Numbered from the stretch's first letter, positions 11,991-26,047 are shown. The stretch is 64,000 bases of DNA from Octopus vulgaris (GCA_951406725.2 OX597819.1:38564001-38628000); one strand, 5' to 3'. The notes: generated from the letters alone by a model not told the origin. Numbers and translations are program-made.

Positions 11991-12129
11991 TTTAATAATA
12001 CTTGAGGTTTAGTATACACAGTACGACCGCAGCCACTTGGCTGAAACAAAAATAAAATGCATACAAGTTTAGATGCAAGCATAGTCATGTGGTTAAGAAG
12101 ATTGCTTTACACATGTAGGGTTCTAAGTC

Positions 12130-12545
12130 TACTATAGACTCAGACACCCATAAAATTATTAACCATCTTACAAACTCTGAGCACCTTTTCAAACTCCACT
12201 TGTCTAACACCCGTGGACATGTTTGCAAAGTCAGAAAACAGCACAGCTCCCATGACTTTCGGAAACATTTTTTGACGCTAAGAGTCGCTGAAGTATGGAA
12301 CAAACTGCCAGCATCAGTTGTTAGTTGTCGGAACACTGCATCCTTCAAAACTTCCATACTTCCTGAGATTCGCCAACACTACACCTAATTTTCTCCCCTC
12401 CTTACACACGCAAGCATGTACCCGACTCATACACTGTTCACTTTCCAGACATTTGTACATTACTGCATATGCTTTATACACACTTTTGACAAGTTGTGGT
12501 GCACCTGAGCACTGTATACAATAATTTCATTATTATTATTATTAT
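12130..12545 (+). mobile_element. CR1-clade LINE 3' end (ORF2 C-terminus + 3' UTR + (ATT)n tail)
   Basis: TRGH...RKHFLTLRVAEVWNKLPASVV...SFK is the typical CR1 C-terminal motif. Confidence 0.85.
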
Positions 12546-12714
12546 TATTTTTATGCAATGCTCTATGAGTGGAACTTGTTGGACAGAAACTATGCTGAAA
12601 CCTGTCGTACACACACACGCGTGTGTCCATGTCTTTGTGTATGTTATATTTACTGGTGTTGTCCTTGTTTATCAAAATTTATTACAGAGATTTTAAAGAT
12701 AGTACCTAATAGGT

Positions 12715-13120
12715 ACAGGTGTGGCTGTATTATAAAAAGCTTGCTTCCCAGTCACAAGGTTCTAGGTTCAGTCCCATTGCATGGCACCTTGGTTAAGTGT
12801 CTTCTACTACAGCCTTAGACCAACCAAAGCCTTGTGAGTAGATCTGGTAGATAGAAACTGAAAGAAGCTTGTTGTATATATATATATATATATATATATA
12901 CATACATATATATATATGTGTGTGTGTCTTCACTGCTTGACAACTGGTGTTGGTGTGTTTACATCCCTGTAACTTAGCAGTTCAGCAAAAGAGACTGATA
13001 GAATAAGTACTAGGCTTTAAAAATAAGTCCTGGGGTCAATTTGTTTGACTAAAATCCCTTAAGGTAATGCTCCAGCATGACCACAGTCAAATGACTGAAA
13101 GAAATAAAAGAATAAAAGAT
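12715..13120 (+). mobile_element. SINE family C, near full length, with internal TA/TG microsatellite
   Basis: tRNA-like head (gtggctgt...ggttcagtccc), ggcaccttgg..aagtgtcttctact core and aataaaag-type tail. Confidence 0.85.
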
Positions 13121-13559
13121 AGAAAAACACCAAACAGAAATAAGTACCAACCTTTTGAAGGCCATGCCCTAGGACACTCATAAATCCAATGGTAAATCTG
13201 TGGACTCTTTACTGGTCTTGATAATAAATCAGCTGAATATTTAGTGGTGAAATTTATGTGTGAGTGATTGAGTATTCCTCAGATATGTGTATGTTTAATG
13301 CAACTCTCAGACTGAATCAGTGCTGCACAATGTAAGACTTTCGAAGTGGAGAAATGTTGTCAGTCCTGGAGTCTTACTTTTAGGTAACAACTCTTACCAA
13401 GATGAGTTCAAACTTCATCAAAGTTAACATTCATTGGCTTTGGTATGATTTGAAATTGTATCACTGAGAGTTGGAATGAATATCACAAGGCATCATACCC
13501 AAAACTCTAATTAATGATTTTACCAATTTCAAAGATAATTTTCGTTGAATTATCAGTAA

Positions 13560-13890
13560 ATCTCGCTAAGAGATCAATCTGAAATGAGGAGATCAAGGAT
13601 AGAACTGGAGTGAAGGATGTTGTCACAGAACACCACCATGCAAAGCAACAATGGGCCGGTCATGTTCCAAGGTTCCCAGACAGTCAGTGGACTCATGCAG
13701 TTGTTGAGTGGCACAAACAGAAGAGACCATTTGGAAGACCTCCAACCAGAAGGGAAGATGATTTTAAAAAAGGTGTTTGGAACAATATGGAAAAGTATGG
13801 CAAGAGCACAAGGGGAATGGAGTGAATGCTGTGGCTAGTAGAACCAACTCGGCACCAGACAGACAGGCTAATCCAGGTGAATTCAGTAAA
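13560..13890 (+). mobile_element. RTE-clade LINE 3' fragment
   Basis: AKQQWAGHVPRFPDSQWTHAVVEW...KRPFGRPPTRREDD. Confidence 0.8.
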
Positions 13891-13899
13891 AGAATAAAA

Positions 13900-14260
13900 A
13901 TAATAATGAAATTATTGTATACAGTGCTCAGGTGCACCACAACTTGTCAAAAGTGCATATAAAGCATATGCAGTAATGTACAAATGTCTGGAAAGCAAAC
14001 AGTGTAAGATACATGCTTGCGAGTGTATGGAAGGGAGAAAATCAGGTGTAGTGTTGGCGAATCTCAGGAAGCATGGAAGTTTTGAAAGATGCAGTGCTCC
14101 GACAACTAATAACTGATGCCAGCAGTCTGTTCCATGCTTCAGCAACTCTTAGCATGAAAAACTGTTTCTGAAAGTCATGGTAGCTGTGCTTTTTTCTGAC
14201 TTTGTAAACATGTCCACGGGAGTTAGACAGGTGGAGTTTGAAAAGGTGATCAGAGTTATT
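13900..14260 (-). mobile_element. CR1-clade LINE 3' end, inverted relative to 12130-12545
   Basis: SRGHVYKVRKK...FFMLRVAEAWNRLLASV...SFKTSMLPEIRQHYT; same 3' UTR. Confidence 0.85.
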
Positions 14261-14499
14261 GTTTGTAAGATTGAACACACACACATACATGGACATACAC
14301 ATATACAGAAAAACAAAAAGCTCTGGTTTGTCATAATGTTTTTTTATTTAGCTTTATTTTTCTTTGTTTCATGAAAATAATGAAGTAAACATATAAACCA
14401 ATATAGACACCATTTTTGTTTTTTTTTTAATATATTCAGTCGAATTATTGTTGTTTCAGTTGTCATATTACATTGTTGCATACAAAGCAGCAGTAATCT

Positions 14500-15266
14500 G
14501 TGCATGTATTTGTTTGCACATATTTATGTGTGTGTGTGTACATGTATGTATGCATGTATGTGTGTGTGTGTGTGTGTGTGTATACATATATGTATGTATG
14601 TATATGTGTGTGTAGATACGTGTATATGTGTGTATGTAAATATATGTATGTGTGTGTGTGAATATATATATATATGCCTATATATTTATATATGTATATA
14701 TATATATGTATATACATACGTATATATATATATGCATATATATATTTATATATGCATATATATATTTATTTATATATGTATATATATATGCATATATACA
14801 TGTATATATATATGCATATATATACGTATATATATATATTTATATACGTATATATATATATATACACATATATATGTACATATATGATGTGCATGTGTAT
14901 ATATATATATATATATATATATGAATGTATGTGTTTATAGAACCATCAACAATTCATTGTACACTACAAAATGACACTATTTTCAGTATCCACTCTTTAA
15001 TTTTGAAATACAGAACATTTTGATAATTTGAGCAAAACAAAGCTGCGTTTTTTTTCCCCACATAGGGATCCAAAGTTTGAAGAAGAAAAATAAAATGCAT
15101 TACACAGACACACATACACATATATACATACATATGTGTGTGTGCGTGTATCTATATGTATGCATATGTGTCTGTGTGTGTGTGTATATATATATATACA
15201 AACACATATACATACATGCATGTATACATATATATATATATGTATATATATATGTGTGTGTGTGTG

Positions 15267-15311
<45 letters not shown>

Positions 15312-15460
15312 GTGTGCATATATATATATATATATGTGTGTGTGTGTATATGTATATATATATGTGTGTATATGTATATATATATGTGTGTATATGTATA
15401 TATATATGTGTATATGTAAACATATATATACGTATGTGTGTGTATATATATATGTATATA
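14500..15460. repeat. Compound (TA)/(TG)/(TATG) microsatellite tracts
   Basis: Direct inspection. Similar tracts at about 20880-21065, 21920-22250, 36205-36315, 39045-39180, 40005-40175, 44440-44850, 48450-48830 and 55375-56260. Confidence 0.97.
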
Positions 15461-15479
15461 AAACCAACATTAGTCATGA

Positions 15480-18400
15480 GAACTGTCTCTGTAATTTGAA
15501 AATGATCCTTCCCACCAATAGAATACTTTTTAAGACTATGTTTCTCAATGTTGTTTGTTTTTTGGCTTTTTTTGAAAAATACTTTTTCTTTAAGTAAAAA
15601 TACAGATAGCGCCACCTGGATAATTGTTTTTAAAATTTTTTTTATTTATTTAATTTTTTTTTTGTATTAGATTTGAGTAAAAATAAAATTGCATATATTT
15701 TACTTTGTAGTATTATTTTTATAATTTTATTTTTTAAAATTTTATTTTCAGTTAAGAAATTATCAACGTTTCACAATGACATAAGTGTAAATTATATATA
15801 TATATATCTATATGTATATATCATATATATATAGTATATGTTATATATATATATCATATGTATATATTATATAGATATCATATATATATATTTATCATAT
15901 TTAATATTAACTCAAGCTTGGCAATATTTGTGCCATTGCGTGTTCAAGGGAGATAACTTAGTAACACTATTGACAATATAGAAGGAACAACGAATTGTAT
16001 AAACCAGTTATTTCTGATACCATGAATTGTAATATTTATCGACCAATATACGTACGAAGCATGAAATATGCGTTTTCCCATAAGATTCGGTTTTGTTTGA
16101 AGGTAAATGTATGTGTGTGTGAGTGTGTAGATAAAATAATGAAGAAATGTTGTTTTAATTTAAGGCTAAATCTCTTCCCCTTAAAAATAAAAATCGTTTT
16201 ATTAACAGTAAAATTTTCAATAATATGAAATTCAAGCAAATGATACGAGAAGCAATGTGTTAAGTAATCAAGTTTTGATAAAAACATTATTTAGCTTGGT
16301 GTTAATTGAAGCTTATACAAAAAATCCCACCCTAAAAAAAAAAAAATGAAATTTTCACAGAAAAAATTTAAATTATGATGAATTTGTTATAGAAAAAATG
16401 GCAGGTAATTGAAATTGATCCAAAATTCTTTACTGAAAATGAGCTTGGAAAAAATGATATGATGCCAATAGGAAATTTCATACTTATAATACTGAAACGA
16501 TTGCGAAGATTTAGTTAAAAATGTGGTGGTAGGAATTTAACTATTCAATTTGCTTTCTTCAGTAACTGCAGTAGTGTCTTCAAATGTAACATCTAAAAAA
16601 TAAAGTGACATAAAAATATACAAAGTATTAATTAAAGTTGATAATGATAAAATATAGCAACACTATACTAGATTTTAGACAAACTTAAAAATTTGGATAA
16701 TATATAAATATATATTATTGTTCTAAAATTATTAACTTTTTAGAAATAATTGATGGAAAGGTAAATGACAAAAAAAAAAAAAAGGAAAATAAGCAGATAT
16801 TCTTTATTATTATTTTGTTTTTGTTCTTTTTTTTAATAACTGAAATAACCACTGAGAGCCAGAACTGGTTGAGTAACACACAGTTTGTAATTAAACTGTT
16901 ACTATTGCTATACTAATAGTTGTCGTTGTTTAACCCCAGGTCAATCCTGATTGAACAGACTTATGATCAAAGTTGTTTCAGCTGTGACTATTCTGGACAA
17001 CAATGTCCAATGTGCCGTTTTCTCATTTTAAAGATGGTAGGGTGAGAGTTGAGAGTTGATAGATATTTGATTGCTATTTCTAGTAGATTACATATCCATG
17101 CAGAGGTTGTCCAATGCTCTGCTTATCGGCTGAAAGCTGTGTATCAGTAGTTCATTAATCTACAGTTGTGAATTCAAACCTCGCACGAGTGTAACATAGA
17201 AAAGGATGGAACCCAGCAAACTGAAGAGTCTTAGAAACATTGTTCTGGTATTATCACACAATAGGCTTGCTTTCTGTGTAAAATAAATATTTTAAACAAA
17301 ATATTAATTCAAGAAAGTTGTTAGCAAATAACGCAATCCCCAAAAAGGGCCACTTGTTGTGATCCTTATTTGTTATATTACTGAAGACCTGGATCTTTGG
17401 ATTTACTTGGTTCATATTTCTGCTATAATAACACCCACCTGCTCCAGACCTTTTGAAACCGTAGTTTAGGGATTGTGTTTTTATATGGCACAATATGAAG
17501 ACACAGTGAGTAAGAGATATTAGCCATATATATATAAATATATATTGGGTAACTTGGTGTGCTTTAAATTACAGCAGGTTATTATACAAAATATGCTAGA
17601 GGTGAATGGCTAACCTGTATAACTTTTAGTGAATTTACCGAATAACTGGACCAACACTCATAGCATTGCTAACCAAGCATTCAATTAGCACCCCCACCAA
17701 TGCCACTACCCCACCCCCACCCCCAGTGCCATATAGTTTACAGGTGCGAGACAAGGACCATATTTTTACGGTTATGATACAACCTTATTGTACAAACTTG
17801 AGAGTCTACATTGAAATTTTGTAAATGAATAGATAATTCAGTTGACCAACTGAAAGGTTTGAAAGACAATTTGTGGTGAAATGTGATACATCAAAATTTA
17901 TTATTGCAACTTTTGCTTGACATCAGCTAATGATGGTGAAAGCAACCAATAATAATAAGCGCTAATGGTAAATATACATATAGCACAAGATGACATCCAG
18001 TAACCAACTATGTACGGTGTAATCAAATTACATTATTTCAGAATGCTATATTCAATTAAAATATTAAATATGTACAGTTGTGGGAATAACAAAATTTCTT
18101 ATGCATAAGTTCAATGACTTGCTATTGATCAGAAGATTGATTAATATACCACCACCACCACCGCCGCCACATCATCATCATCACTGTTACCATCATCATT
18201 AACGTTAATCCTGTTTTGACTTATTAACATACCAATATCATAATTTATCAAATTGTAGATACAGTAAGAAAGTCTTTTTTCTCATCTTCAAGATATCTGA
18301 ATGCTTTTCTCAGTGATCTCTCTCTTTCTTACTTGAATGAAACATTCAACCATACCAAGTACCTGTTATTCTGTCATTTGATAAAGAAAAAAAAAAAAAA

Positions 18401-20560
18401 ATTTTTGATTCGTCAGTTTCTCTCTTAGCAAATTGACTGCATTTAATCACCCGTCTTCATCTTCTCACAGCACAACTGTCACACCTTTCTGACTTTAAGC
18501 AGTCGTGGTGGTAGTTGATCTTATCTTCCAACTGAACTTAAGAAAAATATGTTTCCATTGTTTTATTTTTTTTTCAATATTGCTGATACAATCTGTCAGC
18601 CACATCTCCCGACAGACATGTCAGCTTTTTAACAGTGACAGGGCAGGATTTAAGCTTTGGTACTCAGAATGCACAGGACTGGAACAGGTCCCACAGGGCA
18701 TCCAGTCCGACACAGTAACAATTCTGCCTACCCACTGCCCCAGGCCAGTACTTTTTCTTTTATTGACTCCCTCCAGACCTACCTCCACTCCTAAAAAGAA
18801 AAAGATGCAAGGCAAAATTATTGGCCTTGGTGGGATTTGAACTTTGACAGCAGAGAGTCAGAACTACTACTGTGAAGTATGGCGTTCCATGCAACACTCT
18901 GACTCAGTCAATTTACTGCCTTCAAGCTGTTATAGCACTTTATAAATGTTACTTTCCATTTATTCATGTTTTTACAATAGTAAATAAAAAGAAAAAAGAA
19001 ATGAAATAAAAACTCAAACTAACAATTTAAGACATTAAAACACAATCTCGTGTCCTAGTAACTCTAGAACATTGACAAAGCACAAGCTGCTATAAAGTAA
19101 ATAATATTCTCTAGTGATTCCAAGAATAAATTTGAAACAAAATACCCTTCACAGAGAAAAACAAATAAAATGAAAATAAAACAATATTTAAGAGAAATAA
19201 AAAAAAACAGCATAAAAATAATCATCCCCAAAATAAACATGAACAGTATTTGCTTGAGCTTGCAGCTCAAGTAAAGCCTTATTGAAGCAATTAAAGTTCT
19301 ATAAAAATTAATTAGTGAATAGTTTGTAATTTCTTTGGAAGCTATCTGATTATAAACTAAAGTTGGTCCGTTACTGCCTCACCACCATGTCCCCTCCCCC
19401 CCTCCCTACAATGTTCTCTGATATAACCAGCTTCCTTTAATATACAGCTTTTAGTTTCCTTGTTAACATTGGCTTTATTCATAATGTTATATTAATATCA
19501 ATCCATGCAGACACACTTGCCATCTTCAGATTGAATTAAAAATCATGATTTGGAAAAAAAAGGTAAAGAAAACATCCAGTGATATTTATGATTATAATGC
19601 TTCTCAACTATAGCAGCAACAACAACAACCATAAAAACAAAAACTACAATAGTTGTGATGTCTGCACACAAAAATTCAACAATTGTTTTTTTTTTTTCAT
19701 CAATAGTAATTAATTTTTTTTTGTTTTTTGTTTTTAAATCACTGAGCAATTTATGTAAAATAAAATAAAAATAAAATTTTTGGAAGATATTTTTGAAAGA
19801 TGTTTTTTTTCTTTTTTCCTTGGTTAAAATCTTTTAAAATTGTTTGCTGATTCTTTTCTTTTTAGAAACCAGATGTGATGTGTAACATGGATAAACATCA
19901 ACTTCTGTTTAGCCATAAATTTGGCTGACAATTAGTAGTTCAAAAATAAATAAGTTAACAGTTCCACAGATGATAAGGGTTTGACAAATAGTGATACTAA
20001 TCTAAAATATTAACAAAAAACATTTTCAAATGTTTTGCAGACAAGAGTAAATTTTTCTACTATTAACAGACAGCAGTAAATTTATTTCATATGGATATCA
20101 TCAACACGAAATGTAGTCACAGCAAGGCTGGATGTGGCACAGGCACCTTTCAAGTTACATGTCAAAGAGATTCCATTTTAGTCAATTATACAAAGAACAC
20201 CATCAAAGCTAGCCTACAATACAGTCTATCAAAATTTTGTAGAAATGATACCAAAGTCAGCGGTCGTGGATTCTACAATAGTAAGCCATCACAATGATAC
20301 TTGGAAACATCAAACATTATTTAAGCTTTGTGACAAAGAACACGACAACTGTAAAATTAGAAGCTATAAAGGCAGGCATCTGTGCATTTCCAATTGCAAA
20401 ACAAAACACAAAGCTAACAACAACGAATATATATAAATATTTTTTTTTGTTTAATAAAAACACCTAATTGTAATTATTCTGAAAGTGAGTAGAATTCATT
20501 TAGCAAATATAGAAATGCAATTTAGAATTTTCCCTCCAATCAGCTTTAGTGTCTTGTGCA
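15480..20560 (-). other. Putative long 3' UTR-like tract of a minus-strand transcript
   Basis: Repeat-poor and ORF-free. A-rich on + (U-rich on -), with TTTATT clusters at about 14345-14360 and 15640-15750. Inference only. Confidence 0.35.
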
Positions 20561-20604
20561 AAATGCAAACTAATCTGGACTCAGCTTATAACTGAGTATA
20601 TATA

Positions 20605-20649
<45 letters not shown>

Positions 20650-20768
20650 TTTTCAATAAGATGAGAGTGACAAGAATTCATCTCCTGCCCTTAGCATTTC
20701 ATTATGACATGTTTAATGAGTTTTATTAAAAAGAAATATATAAAAAAAATAATAATAATCATGCACAC

Positions 20769-20826
20769 AGTATTCTTAATACACAATTTCAGAATTAAGA
20801 TCAACTTGTCTTCATCAGAAAATACT
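20769..20826 (-). ncRNA. Type I hammerhead-ribozyme-like motif (probably degenerate)
   Basis: Minus strand: agtatttt-CTGATGA-aga...tct-GAAA-ttgtgtat-TA-agaatact. Stem I is 8 bp (one GU), stem II closes with aga/tct, stem III is poor. Confidence 0.4.
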
Positions 20827-21067
20827 ATTTTAAATACCAGATTATCCAGAACCAAGATATAAACATTTCTCCAGTTAACATATATGAATAATATACATAT
20901 ACATATATATACAAATATGTATGTATGTACGTAATATACATACATATATATATATAAACACATACTTACATATATTTACACACATATATAAATACATACA
21001 CAAACACATATATACATGTACATTTAAACTATATATATATAATGTATATATGTATATGTAGATATAT

Positions 21068-21856
21068 ACGATGTCTAATCAATAAGTATCCAGACTGTTG
21101 CCATAGTAACGAAGCTAAAAAACACAGAATGAAGCTGTTTGGCACAGATTAACTTTGAACTCTGCTTTGCATGCACACTAAATTTTAACATTCTAGCTCA
21201 ATCTCGCTGTTTACAGCAATGCTTGGAAGGAAGGTGTATAGTGTGTGATCGTCGCATTGACCACAACAGAGAAAGTCGTCATGACAATACTTGCTCAGAG
21301 GCCTATGCAAAGTTGTAGAAAGTGTATGAGTGGTTTCCAAAATGGCCAAAAAAAATATTGATATTCACGAATGTTCTCAGATGCCTGCAACCAGCAGAAC
21401 TGAGAAGAACATTGCAGATGTGCATGCAACTGTGAGGGGAAATTATTGAATCACTATCCATTGAGTTGTCAGAGGATCTGCAGATTAGTTATGGTTCAGT
21501 TCAGTCAATTATCACTGAAGATTTGGATATGAAACGTGTATCTGCATAAGATCTCCTTGATTGTGTTGAGAATAATGAAAACTTTTTGAAAACTATGTGT
21601 AGGCCTCTGAGCAGGTATCACCAAGCTTTCGGCAAAAATTTGATGCAGTTTCTCTGCTCAACTTTTTCTGTCATGGTTAATGTGATGATCACACGCTACA
21701 CACCTTCCTTCCAAGCACTGCTGTAAACAGCAGAAGAGAGCTAGGATGTTAAAACTTACTGTACATGCACAGCAGAGTTTAAGGTCAATCTGTGTCAGGC
21801 GGCTTCACTCTCTGTGCTTTAGCTTCATTACTATAGCAAGAATCCGGATACTTATA
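21068..21856 (+). mobile_element. Mariner-derived non-autonomous element with long inverted arms
   Basis: Arms 21082-21310 and 21596-21855 are reverse complements. The core translates as mariner HTH-like RTEKNIADVHATV...ELSEDLQISYGSVQSIITEDLDMKRVSA. Confidence 0.85.
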
Positions 21857-21952
21857 CACTCATATGTTTGCCTCATACTCATACTCTTACCATTTGTGTG
21901 ATTTTTATTTTGTGTATGTAAATGTGTGTGTGAGCATATGGGTGTATGTCTG

Positions 21953-22010
<58 letters not shown>

Positions 22011-22198
22011 CACACATATATATGTATATTCACATACACACACACACATATATGTATATATATATATATATATACACACATACACACACATACATATGTG
22101 TATATATATATTTATATATATATATGTATATACACATACATATATGTGTGTATATATATTTATATATATGTATATACACATACACACACATACATATA

Positions 22199-22244
<46 letters not shown>

Positions 22245-22277
22245 CATGTGCTATGGATACAGGTATATGTATGTAGG

Positions 22278-22440
22278 AGCAGGTGTGGCTGTGTGGATAA
22301 GAAGTTTGCTCCCCAGCCACATGATTTCAGGTTCAGTCCCACTGCATGCTTCCTTGGGGAAGCACCTTCTACTGTAGACCCTGGCTGGCCAAAACTTTGC
22401 GAATACATTTAGTAGATGGAAATTGAAAGAAACCCATCAC
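22278..22440 (+). mobile_element. SINE-C 5' half
   Basis: gcaggtgtggctgtgtgg...ggttcagtcccactgc...tagatggaaattgaaagaa. Confidence 0.8.
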
Positions 22441-22818
22441 TTATATATTCTGTGTTTATGTGTGTGTGCGTAAGTGTATCTTGACAATATATGATCATCG
22501 TAAATAAGTGTCTCTGTCATACAAGCAGTATCATTCATTTCCAATATTCTGCAAACACATTTTGGGGAAGTATTGTCTTGCTCGTAAACAGGTCGGAATA
22601 GTTGATAGAAATGGCATCTGACTGTAGAGAATCAACCTCTATGTTCCCTATTTGATCCATGCAAGCATGGCAAAAGTGGATGTTAAAATAATGTATATAT
22701 ATATATATATATACATACCTAAGTGGTATATAAATTATATATAGCCATTTTTTGTGATACATTTGAAATTATTTGTTAAATGATGATGATTATACCGGAG
22801 TCATTCTTGTTGCTTATT

Positions 22819-22868
<50 letters not shown>

Positions 22869-23169
22869 ATCATTTAACATCCATGTTCCAATGCTCCATG
22901 CTGGTATGGGTTGGACAGTTTGACAGGATCTAATGGGATTAATGGATAGCATCATGCAATTGTGTGTATTATTATTATTATTATTAAATTTTTATCGTAT
23001 ATTTAATTTTTTTCTATATGGTATGATTTAAATTTTTTCTATATGGTATGATTTAATTATACCGTTATTGAATTGCTACATGGTGGTTCTTCTCTAATTT
23101 ATATACATATATTATATATTGTGAAATTTGATTTAGAATCTATTAATTTAATTTTTCCCTGTAAGTTTA

Positions 23170-23740
23170 CTTGTACTTGTGGCAACATTCACCCTGGGCG
23201 AGTTGAGTCGGCTTCTTCTACCACCCTCGAGGCATCTCGAACCATGGCAGCCCACGCACGACGGTCCTGCGCCAGTTCACTGGAGATAGTGAGCCAGTCA
23301 TGGTTCCATCGGCGCAGGCCAACCACCTGCGAACCCGTGAGCACGGAGAGGTCCTCCTTGATCATCGTAGCCCAGGTCTTCAGCTGCCCGCCTGCGCGTT
23401 TCCACCAGTTGGGAAGTGGAGTTGGGAGAAGGACATTACGGCTCAGTTCACCCACCGGATGCCTACATGCGTGGCCAAACCATTGCAAGGGGCCGTAGAG
23501 ACAGACGAAGTTGGAGATTGGCGGTGGGAACCCGATCCACCCGATGGCAGCGAAGAATGCACTGGAGGCAGTCATTGTCGAAGACTTCCAGCCTTCGTTG
23601 ATCAACCACCCGCATAGGCCACGTTTCACAGCCATAGAGAAGTACTGTACGAACGACAGCCTGATATATTTGCCCTTTGGTCACCGATGAGAATCTCCCT
23701 TTGGTCCCACAGACACCCTGTAAGTTTGGAATCATATTCC
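23170..23740 (-). mobile_element. RTE-clade LINE 3' fragment (GC-rich, relatively well preserved)
   Basis: KGQIYQAVVRTVLLYGCETWPMRVVDQRRLEVFDNDCLQCIL / LQWFGHACR...WKRAGGQLKTW...LAQDRRAW. Confidence 0.92.
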
Positions 23741-23901
23741 CTAATATATATATATATATATACACATACATACATGCATACATACACACACATACATACA
23801 TGTTAATGTTTGTTTTTATGTTCTATTATAAACACAACTTGACATTAATCTGATGGGTTACTCTGTCCTTTTGTAGAGTATAAATTTATCATTCTTGTAC
23901 T

Positions 23902-24010
23902 AGAATGTTGTTGATAGTGACTTTGAAGTTTCAGCCAGCTGAGTCATTGTCAGAGTGACCAACAATGGCTTAACTGGCTGAAACTTAGAAATCACTGTCA
24001 ACAACATTCT
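23902..24010. repeat. Imperfect hairpin, about 49-bp stem
   Basis: agaatgttgttgatagtgactttgaagtttcagccag...ctggctgaaacttagaaatcactgtcaacaacattct. Confidence 0.92.
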
Positions 24011-24745
24011 TATATACATTTATAATAATATATACATTTGACAAAAATTCTTCAAGGCAGTGCTCTAACATGGCTACAATCTTATGAGTGAAATAATTAA
24101 AAATGATTAAAAAAAAAAAGATTTAAGCATGCATCCATGTATACATACATATATACATATATATTCTTTGATTGGCTTTAGACACCAAGCTACAACCATG
24201 CTGTGACACTATCGCTTTGAAGAGTTGAAGACAATTATGTTGATCCCTGTTCTCTTCTCACACTGGTACCTATTTTATCAGTTTTTAGTTTGCAAAATGG
24301 CCAAGATTACCCTGGGTTTTTTTTTGCATAAAAGGAGGTAATTTAGCATAACTCAATACTAAACTACAACATATACAGAAATATAACAGACTTCTCTACA
24401 GTTTCTATTTACAAAATTTCACACACAAGGCATTGGTCAACATGAGGTTACACTTGATCAAGGTGCCATGTAGGTGGATTGAACCTGGAACTAACAGAGG
24501 TTTACGAAAACGACTCAAGGGCTGAGAGTTTTATGCACGACGACACATGAAACCCATGGCCCTCAAATCACTTATGTAACTTTCTGTTAATTAAATATAT
24601 ATAAAGATGCATGTTTATGTGTGTACACACACACACACACATATATAAATGTGTGTATCTATTTATATAGATATCTCTCTATATATTATACATATCTACA
24701 TATATATATATATATGTGTGTGTGTATATACATACATATATATAT

Positions 24746-24867
24746 TTATAACAATAATTAAGGGTTTAGCAATGAATTGCTTAACCACATACCAAAAAAT
24801 TTAGAAATTTAGAGTTTTCTGTATGTGGTTAAGCAACTCATTGCTAAACCCTTAATTATTGTTATAA
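24746..24867. repeat. Near-perfect inverted repeat, about 47-bp arms
   Basis: ttataacaataattaagggtttagcaatgaattgcttaaccacatac and its reverse complement (1 mismatch). Confidence 0.95.
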
Positions 24868-24991
24868 TTATATATAAAACTTCATGTGTAAGTTTTTACC
24901 GAATATGGTTCCTTTCTATACCGAAACTACTTGGTGAAATTTATTAATTATAAATTAATAATTTTTTACCCTGTATCTATCTATCTATCTA

Positions 24992-25037
<46 letters not shown>

Positions 25038-25649
25038 TAAATAGATAGATGGATAGGTAGATAGATAATAGCACTCAATACTATTATCATCTTTTATTTT
25101 TAAAGAATTACACATCTCTTAATTCACGCAAATCTATTTTGTTTCAGTTTATCTTTAATAATGCATTACTGACCAGTTTCTATGGGATATACACAACATA
25201 CCCACCCCCATGCCACCACCACATACATATAATTCAAACAGAAAATAAAAACACATTAACCTCACTATTTATATCGCAGTCCCTATCTAAGGATGTCTGA
25301 AATACCTGAAGTTATCATTTTTTTTTTCTCTTCAAGCTAATTAATCTTTTCTTATTTGGGCAGAAGGCCAGTAAATGAAAGGAAAGGATAACAGATGACT
25401 GGAGTCCATAATATTACTGGTACTCATTATATTCACCTCTGAGTCATGAAAAGTAATGTTTGAGGGTTCAAACTAGAAATGAGGATGGATGAAACATATG
25501 TGATTGTATGTAAACACTGCATTCTAAAACTATATACTTCAAAGTATACAGTCAGGAATTCTACAACCCTGGTGGTAAATTAAAAAAGAAAAACAAGCAT
25601 ACATATATAAATACATGCACACACACACACACACATGTGTATATACATT

Positions 25650-26047
25650 ATTTTACTCTTACATGTTTCAGTCATCTGACTGGCCATGCTCGAGCACCGC
25701 CTTAAATGGTTTTTTTAGTTGAAGAAATCGACCCCAGGACTTATTCTTTGTAAGCCTAGTACTTATTCTATTGGTTTTTTTTTTTTGCTGAACTGCTAAG
25801 TTAGGAGGACAACGGCCGATGGTTGTCAAGCGATGGTGGGGGTACAAACACAAGCACAAAGACACACACATATAAATACCTATACCTATATATACAATGA
25901 GCTTCTTTCAGTTTCCGCCAACCAAATCTACTCACAAGGCTTTGGTCAGCCAGAGGCTATAGTAGAAGACACCTGCCCAAAGTTCCATGTAGTGGGACTG
26001 AACCCAGAACCATGTGGTGGGGAAGCAAGCTTCTTACAACACAGCCA
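25650..26047 (-). mobile_element. SINE-C near full length
   Basis: Reverse complement of the 12715-13120 family. Confidence 0.88.
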
